Assembly (NCBI GenBank): GCA_963696385.1
Contig: CAVOKF010000003.1
Span: 576,001-640,000 of the forward strand
Direction of reading: 5' to 3'
Length of the DNA: 64,000 nucleotides
Origin: an uncultured delta proteobacterium
GTDB lineage: Bacteria; Myxococcota_A; Polyangia; Polyangiales; Polyangiaceae
In this document: positions 60,167 through 64,000 of the stretch, piece after piece
Numbering within the stretch: position 1 is the first letter of the stretch
Layout of the letters: every line of letters begins with the position of its first letter
Program-made: the position numbers and the translations under genes
Notes under the pieces: model-generated
The model's database searches: none
Told to the model about the DNA's origin: nothing
Seen by the model: the letters and a program-made list of their open reading frames with translations, nothing else

Positions 60167-60903
60167 GGTGGGACCTGTGCTTGCTGATCGAGGCGCCCAC
60201 CGACGCACGAAGAAAGGAGCGTGGCGACGTCCTTCGTCAAGCCAAGCTGCCGTGCGGCCATTGGCAGCAAAGCGCCCGACTCGATGCCGAGCATCTTCGC
60301 GAGTTGATGCTCCGCATCGAGCTTCGCCCACGCGACGTGCAACAGGCCGAAGAACGTCTCGAGAACTCCGTCGCCCGCCACGGCGCTCGCCTTGAAGACG
60401 GGCTCCTTTCCTCGCCTCGCGAGCGCGCTAATCTCCTCGTCAGATCGCACCCTCTCGAGGTCACGCTTGTTGAACTGGATGACCAGCGGCAAGCCCTTAA
60501 TGCTTACCCCAAGGTCCTTCAGATTCTCGCGCAAGTCGAGGAACGACGCGGCATTGTGCTCGGTCTCGCTGGTCTGCGAATCGGCAATGAAGGCCACGGC
60601 GTCGGCGCCCTGCAAGACGAGACGGCGGGTGGACGAGTGCAAAACCTGCCCTGGAACCGTGAAGATCTTGATTCGGAGCGTCATGCCCGACGCTTGTCGC
60701 TCACCCTCGGCCCTCAGAGTGAGCGGCAGCATGTCGAAGAAAAGAGTGCGATCGTCCTTCGTCTCCAGTGTCATCAGGCGCCCCCTGGATCGGTCCGAGG
60801 TGAGCTGATGCAGCGAGCGCAAGTTGGTCGTCTTCCCGCTGAGCGCCGGCCCGTAATACACGAGCTTGAGCGCGATCTCGCGTCCGCCGAAGTTGATTTG
60901 CAC
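60163..60903 (-). CDS. MglA-family small GTPase (SofG-like paralog with C-terminal extension)
   Basis: KLVYYGPALSGKTTNL, DRTLFFD, TVPGQ, TRRLVLQGAD, QFNKRD, ASA; GTG start with GAGG SD. Confidence 0.92.
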   Translation of the reverse strand: MQINFGGREIALKLVYYGPALSGKTTNLRSLHQLTSDRSRGRLMTLETKDDRTLFFDMLPLTLRAEGERQASGMTLRIKIFTVPGQVLHSSTRRLVLQGADAVAFIADSQTSETEHNAASFLDLRENLKDLGVSIKGLPLVIQFNKRDLERVRSDEEISALARRGKEPVFKASAVAGDGVLETFFGLLHVAWAKLDAEHQLAKMLGIESGALLPMAARQLGLTKDVATLLSSCVGGRLDQQAQVPP

Positions 60904-60995
60904 GAGACCTCGCTCGACCCATCGTACCAAACGGCGCGCCGTTTTGCGGCGGCGTCCGCCCTCGAAAGCCGAGTCCGCGCTAGAATGGCCTTACC

Positions 60996-61496
60996 ATGAC
61001 CGTCAAGGTGGGCGCCAAGGCGCCAAATTTCGCGCTGGAGAGTGACGAGGGCAACCGCATCGGTCTCGGGGACTTCTGCGGCCATTGGCTGGTTCTCTAC
61101 TTCTATCCCCGAGACAACACCCCCGGATGCACACGCGAAGCCGTGGAATTTACCGAAGCCGGCACCCGCTTCAAGAAACTCGGCGCCACGGTGGTCGGTA
61201 TCTCGAAGGATTCCGTAAAGAGCCACTGCGGATTTCGAGAGAAGGTCGGCATCACGTTTCCGCTGCTCAGCGATCCGGACCTGGCCGTGCACAAGGCATA
61301 CGGGGCTTGGGGCCCGAAAACCATGTACGGGAAAAGGGTGGAGGGCACGATTCGATCGACCTTTCTCGTGACGCCCGACAGCTCGCTGGCGCACGTGTGG
61401 CGCAGCGTGAAGGTCGATGGCCACGTCGAAAAGGTACTCGATACGCTCCGGAGCCTTCGGGGGGGCATCGCGAACAACAAGTCGGCGCGTTCGTGA
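60996..61496 (+). CDS. bcp: BCP/PrxQ peroxiredoxin
   Basis: LYFYPRDNTPGCTREA, GISKD, FPLLSD, RSTF, VKVDGH. Confidence 0.93.
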   Translation: MTVKVGAKAPNFALESDEGNRIGLGDFCGHWLVLYFYPRDNTPGCTREAVEFTEAGTRFKKLGATVVGISKDSVKSHCGFREKVGITFPLLSDPDLAVHKAYGAWGPKTMYGKRVEGTIRSTFLVTPDSSLAHVWRSVKVDGHVEKVLDTLRSLRGGIANNKSARS

Positions 61497-62509
61497 CTTC
61501 CGACGCGCCTGCGACGCTCGTATGGATCGCGCCGGCTCCGCCAAGCGCCGCCCAACGCTCGGCCATCGCGTCGTGGGCCCTAGCTCATGGCATCGCACTC
61601 GGCGATCCGCTCGACCAACGGCCGGCACCCATCCCGGTCGACACTCGTACGGCCGTTGCGGTTGACGATCTCATCGATCACGCCCGGGACGCGATCGGTG
61701 CGCGCGACGGACCCAGTGTCGACCGAGCCCTTGCATCCGCCGAGGCTCTGCTGCGAGCCCATGCCGACCTGCCCGAGGCGGCGTGGCAAATGGCGGAGGT
61801 CGAGCGGGTTCGCGCAATCCGGTGGCGCCGCGTTGCGCCGATCGACACGGAAGCCGCCGACCGCGCCTGGGCGCGTGCGGAGGCTTTGGATGGCGGGCGA
61901 TCCGAGGGTGTCGGGGAAGAAGCCTCCGAGTTTCGAACGGCAACCGTTTTCGTCGAAATCCAACCGCCGCCTGACGAACAAGCATGGGTCGACTCTCGAG
62001 CGGCCGGGATGGAACCGATGCCGTTGCGCACGGGTCCCCACGCGTTTGTCGTCACGTCGAACGGTGCACCCGTCTGGGCTGCGTGGATGGACGTCCAAGC
62101 GACCAGCTCGATCGTACGGCTCGAAGCCCCCTTCACGGCACCCTGCTCCGCGAGCGACGTCGGGCATGCGGCCTTTGTCTCCCATGCGGTGGTTTCGGAC
62201 CAGGTCCGATGCGGTCGATGGGTCGCTGCCACCGCTGCGCCCGAGCCGGACGGGGCCTTGATAGGGATGTGCAACGCGAACCGGTGCGCACCCTTGCTGG
62301 ACTGGCGCCCTGCGCCGCGAAGCGCACCGTCTTCGGCCGAGTCGCACGCCGAGCATCGGGGCTTTCGTTGGCCAGCGTGGGCCACATGGACGCTGGCCGC
62401 TACGGGCGCCGTCCTCGCTGTCGGCGGGGTCGCCCTCGCGATCGGTGCATTCCGACCGCCTGCCGCGGAGACGCGATTCATCAGCGGGGGCCTCGTGCAC
62501 GGTCGCTGA
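61493..62509 (+). CDS. Hypothetical membrane-anchored protein (PEGA-like central part)
   Basis: GTG overlaps the bcp stop; AWVD...G.H beta segment; C-terminal TM segment after WPAWATW. Confidence 0.6.
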   Translation: MTSDAPATLVWIAPAPPSAAQRSAIASWALAHGIALGDPLDQRPAPIPVDTRTAVAVDDLIDHARDAIGARDGPSVDRALASAEALLRAHADLPEAAWQMAEVERVRAIRWRRVAPIDTEAADRAWARAEALDGGRSEGVGEEASEFRTATVFVEIQPPPDEQAWVDSRAAGMEPMPLRTGPHAFVVTSNGAPVWAAWMDVQATSSIVRLEAPFTAPCSASDVGHAAFVSHAVVSDQVRCGRWVAATAAPEPDGALIGMCNANRCAPLLDWRPAPRSAPSSAESHAEHRGFRWPAWATWTLAATGAVLAVGGVALAIGAFRPPAAETRFISGGLVHGR

Positions 62510-62510
62510 A

Positions 62511-62539
62511 TTGCGGATTGCACCGGAGGTGCTTACGCT
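62511..62539 (+). promoter_or_regulatory. Sigma70-like promoter upstream of the M48 peptidase gene
   Basis: TTGCGG-N17-TACGCT. Confidence 0.4.
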
Positions 62540-62660
62540 CTGTTTCGCCCCATCGGACCCTTGCAGGGACTTCCAACGCACCCCCCCTTTGACTGTTCGC
62601 TTCGCTCCGGATCGTCGGGTGGATTCCGTAGGCTGCGGCGAACCCCATTCGGAGCTAGAC

Positions 62661-63557
62661 ATGGCGCAATCACCCCGACTTGACTTCGAGTCTTTCGTCG
62701 CTCAGAAGCGGGCCGAGCGATCCGGCGGTGGCGCCGGCACGACGGGTCACGACTACACGTATACGTTCGACCGACAGTCGCGCATCGCCTTCGAAAATAC
62801 GAAGCCCGTGGCTCTCGCGGTCGAGGCCAGCGTGCGGATCTTCAAGCAGATCGGCAAGCACCAGCTGCTCGGCCATGCGGTCAAAGTGAGCGAACGCCAA
62901 TTTTCGAACATCTACCGGATCACCAAGACGGCGTCGGACACCCTTCAAATCCCGATGCCGCAGGTGTTCGTGGTCAACAGCCCGACGTTCAACGCTGGAA
63001 CGCTGGGCACGAACGAAGACTCGTTTGTCATGGTCCACTCGGCCCTCGTCGACCAGTACTCGGACGAGGAACTCCTCGCGGTGATTGGCCACGAATGCGG
63101 ACACATTCACAATTCGCACGTCGCCTACCTGACCGCACTCCACTACCTCACGTACATGGCGGGAATGTTCATGCCGTGGATCCTGCAACCCGCCCTGGTC
63201 GCCCTTCGCACCTGGTCTCGGCGCGCCGAGATCACGTGCGACCGCGCGGGAATGCTCGTCGCCAGCGACGCCTCGGCGGCCGAGCGCGCGATCACCAAGC
63301 TCGCGGTCGGGTCACGCAAGCTCTACGAAGAATTCAACGTCGACGCTTTCATCGAACAGCACGAAGAAGGAAGCCACGGCATCGGAAAGTACATGGAAAT
63401 GTTCGCCACACACCCTTGGCTCCCCAAGCGCGTGCTCGCCATGCGCGTTTTCGGCGAGAGCGATCTCTATCGATCGGCGGTCGGCCTTGCGCCGAACGGA
63501 CTCAGCATGAGCGACGTCGATTGCCGCGTGGCCGGGCTTCTGAAGGGCGAGGCGTGA
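62661..63557 (+). CDS. M48-family (HtpX/Ste24-like) Zn metallopeptidase
   Basis: FNAGTLG, EELLAVIGHECGH (HExxH), WSRRAEITCDRAG, ATHP...R; SD GGAG. Confidence 0.9.
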   Translation: MAQSPRLDFESFVAQKRAERSGGGAGTTGHDYTYTFDRQSRIAFENTKPVALAVEASVRIFKQIGKHQLLGHAVKVSERQFSNIYRITKTASDTLQIPMPQVFVVNSPTFNAGTLGTNEDSFVMVHSALVDQYSDEELLAVIGHECGHIHNSHVAYLTALHYLTYMAGMFMPWILQPALVALRTWSRRAEITCDRAGMLVASDASAAERAITKLAVGSRKLYEEFNVDAFIEQHEEGSHGIGKYMEMFATHPWLPKRVLAMRVFGESDLYRSAVGLAPNGLSMSDVDCRVAGLLKGEA

Positions 63558-64000
63558 TGGTGTCCGAAAGCGGAGCGGCTGCGGATGCTCGGACGTTCGA
63601 CCGATTTTTGGAGAGGCGTGACGAAGTCGTCGCCGCGCTGCACGGATTGAGTGAAGTCGCCGCGGCCCTCGGGACGAAGACCCTTCGCGAGCGCGTCAAC
63701 CGCGAGCTCGTGCGCAAGCTCGAAGAAGATCGCTTCCACCTCGTGGTCGTCGGCGAGTTCAACCATGGCAAGACCACATTCGTCAACGCGCTACTCGGCC
63801 AACGGGCCCTGCCCGTCGGCGTGACGCCGACGACGGCGGCGATCCACCACATTCGCTGGGCCGAGCACCCCGAGGCGTTCGTCGTCCGCCCGAACGGCGA
63901 GCGTCACGCCATTGCCTTCGAAGAGGCGAAGCGCTTTTCCGTGGGCGGCGGCGCGGCGACCGAGGAGGTCGATTATCTCGAAATAGGCTACCCCGCGCGG
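63557..64000 (+). CDS. Bacterial dynamin-like GTPase, 5' part (runs off the window; absent from the ORF track)
   Basis: ATG overlaps the M48 stop (TGATG); translation MVSESGA...RFHLVVVGEFNHGKTTFVNALLG..ALPVGVTPTTA gives the dynamin G1/G2 motifs. Confidence 0.9.
   Translation, partial: MVSESGAAADARTFDRFLERRDEVVAALHGLSEVAAALGTKTLRERVNRELVRKLEEDRFHLVVVGEFNHGKTTFVNALLGQRALPVGVTPTTAAIHHIRWAEHPEAFVVRPNGERHAIAFEEAKRFSVGGGAATEEVDYLEIGYPAR

Overview
GC-rich, gene-dense chromosomal window, most likely from a myxobacterium (Myxococcota, Polyangiales-like). This assignment is inferred from a MYXO-CTERM-like sorting tail, an MglA-family GTPase, a PEGA-tailed Hanks kinase and many Pro/Ala-rich lipoproteins. 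About 54 CDSs are supported. Most are housekeeping: nadK, fabH, rnd, lpxB, bioB, thiS, coaBC, ychF, a split complex I operon nuoEF-JKLMN, hisC, accA, rel, hemW, class II nrdJ with NrdR boxes, thiL and bcp. I saw no rRNA, tRNA, CRISPR array, IS, integrase or prophage. The most notable element is a putative RiPP system at 40344-42721. It comprises a DUF692/MNIO enzyme, a convergently encoded DUF2063/HvfC-like partner that overlaps a Ser/Thr kinase gene, and a lipoprotein precursor. The precursor carries two copies of [ND]A[QE]ASC[SG]AG[GT]CG[GS]D[AT]K and lies downstream of an ECF-type promoter (TGAAAC-N16-CGTA). Secondary leads include a matrixin with a possible TIMP-like partner, a PAP2/IPC-synthase-like gene next to fabH, extra domains on NuoL and NuoM, an ATPase-degenerate Lon, a stand-alone MutS-like ATPase, an MglB-less MglA paralog coupled to a PocR histidine kinase, and an M48 peptidase-dynamin pair. 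All calls come from reading motifs by eye; no database searches were run, and start codons are best estimates.
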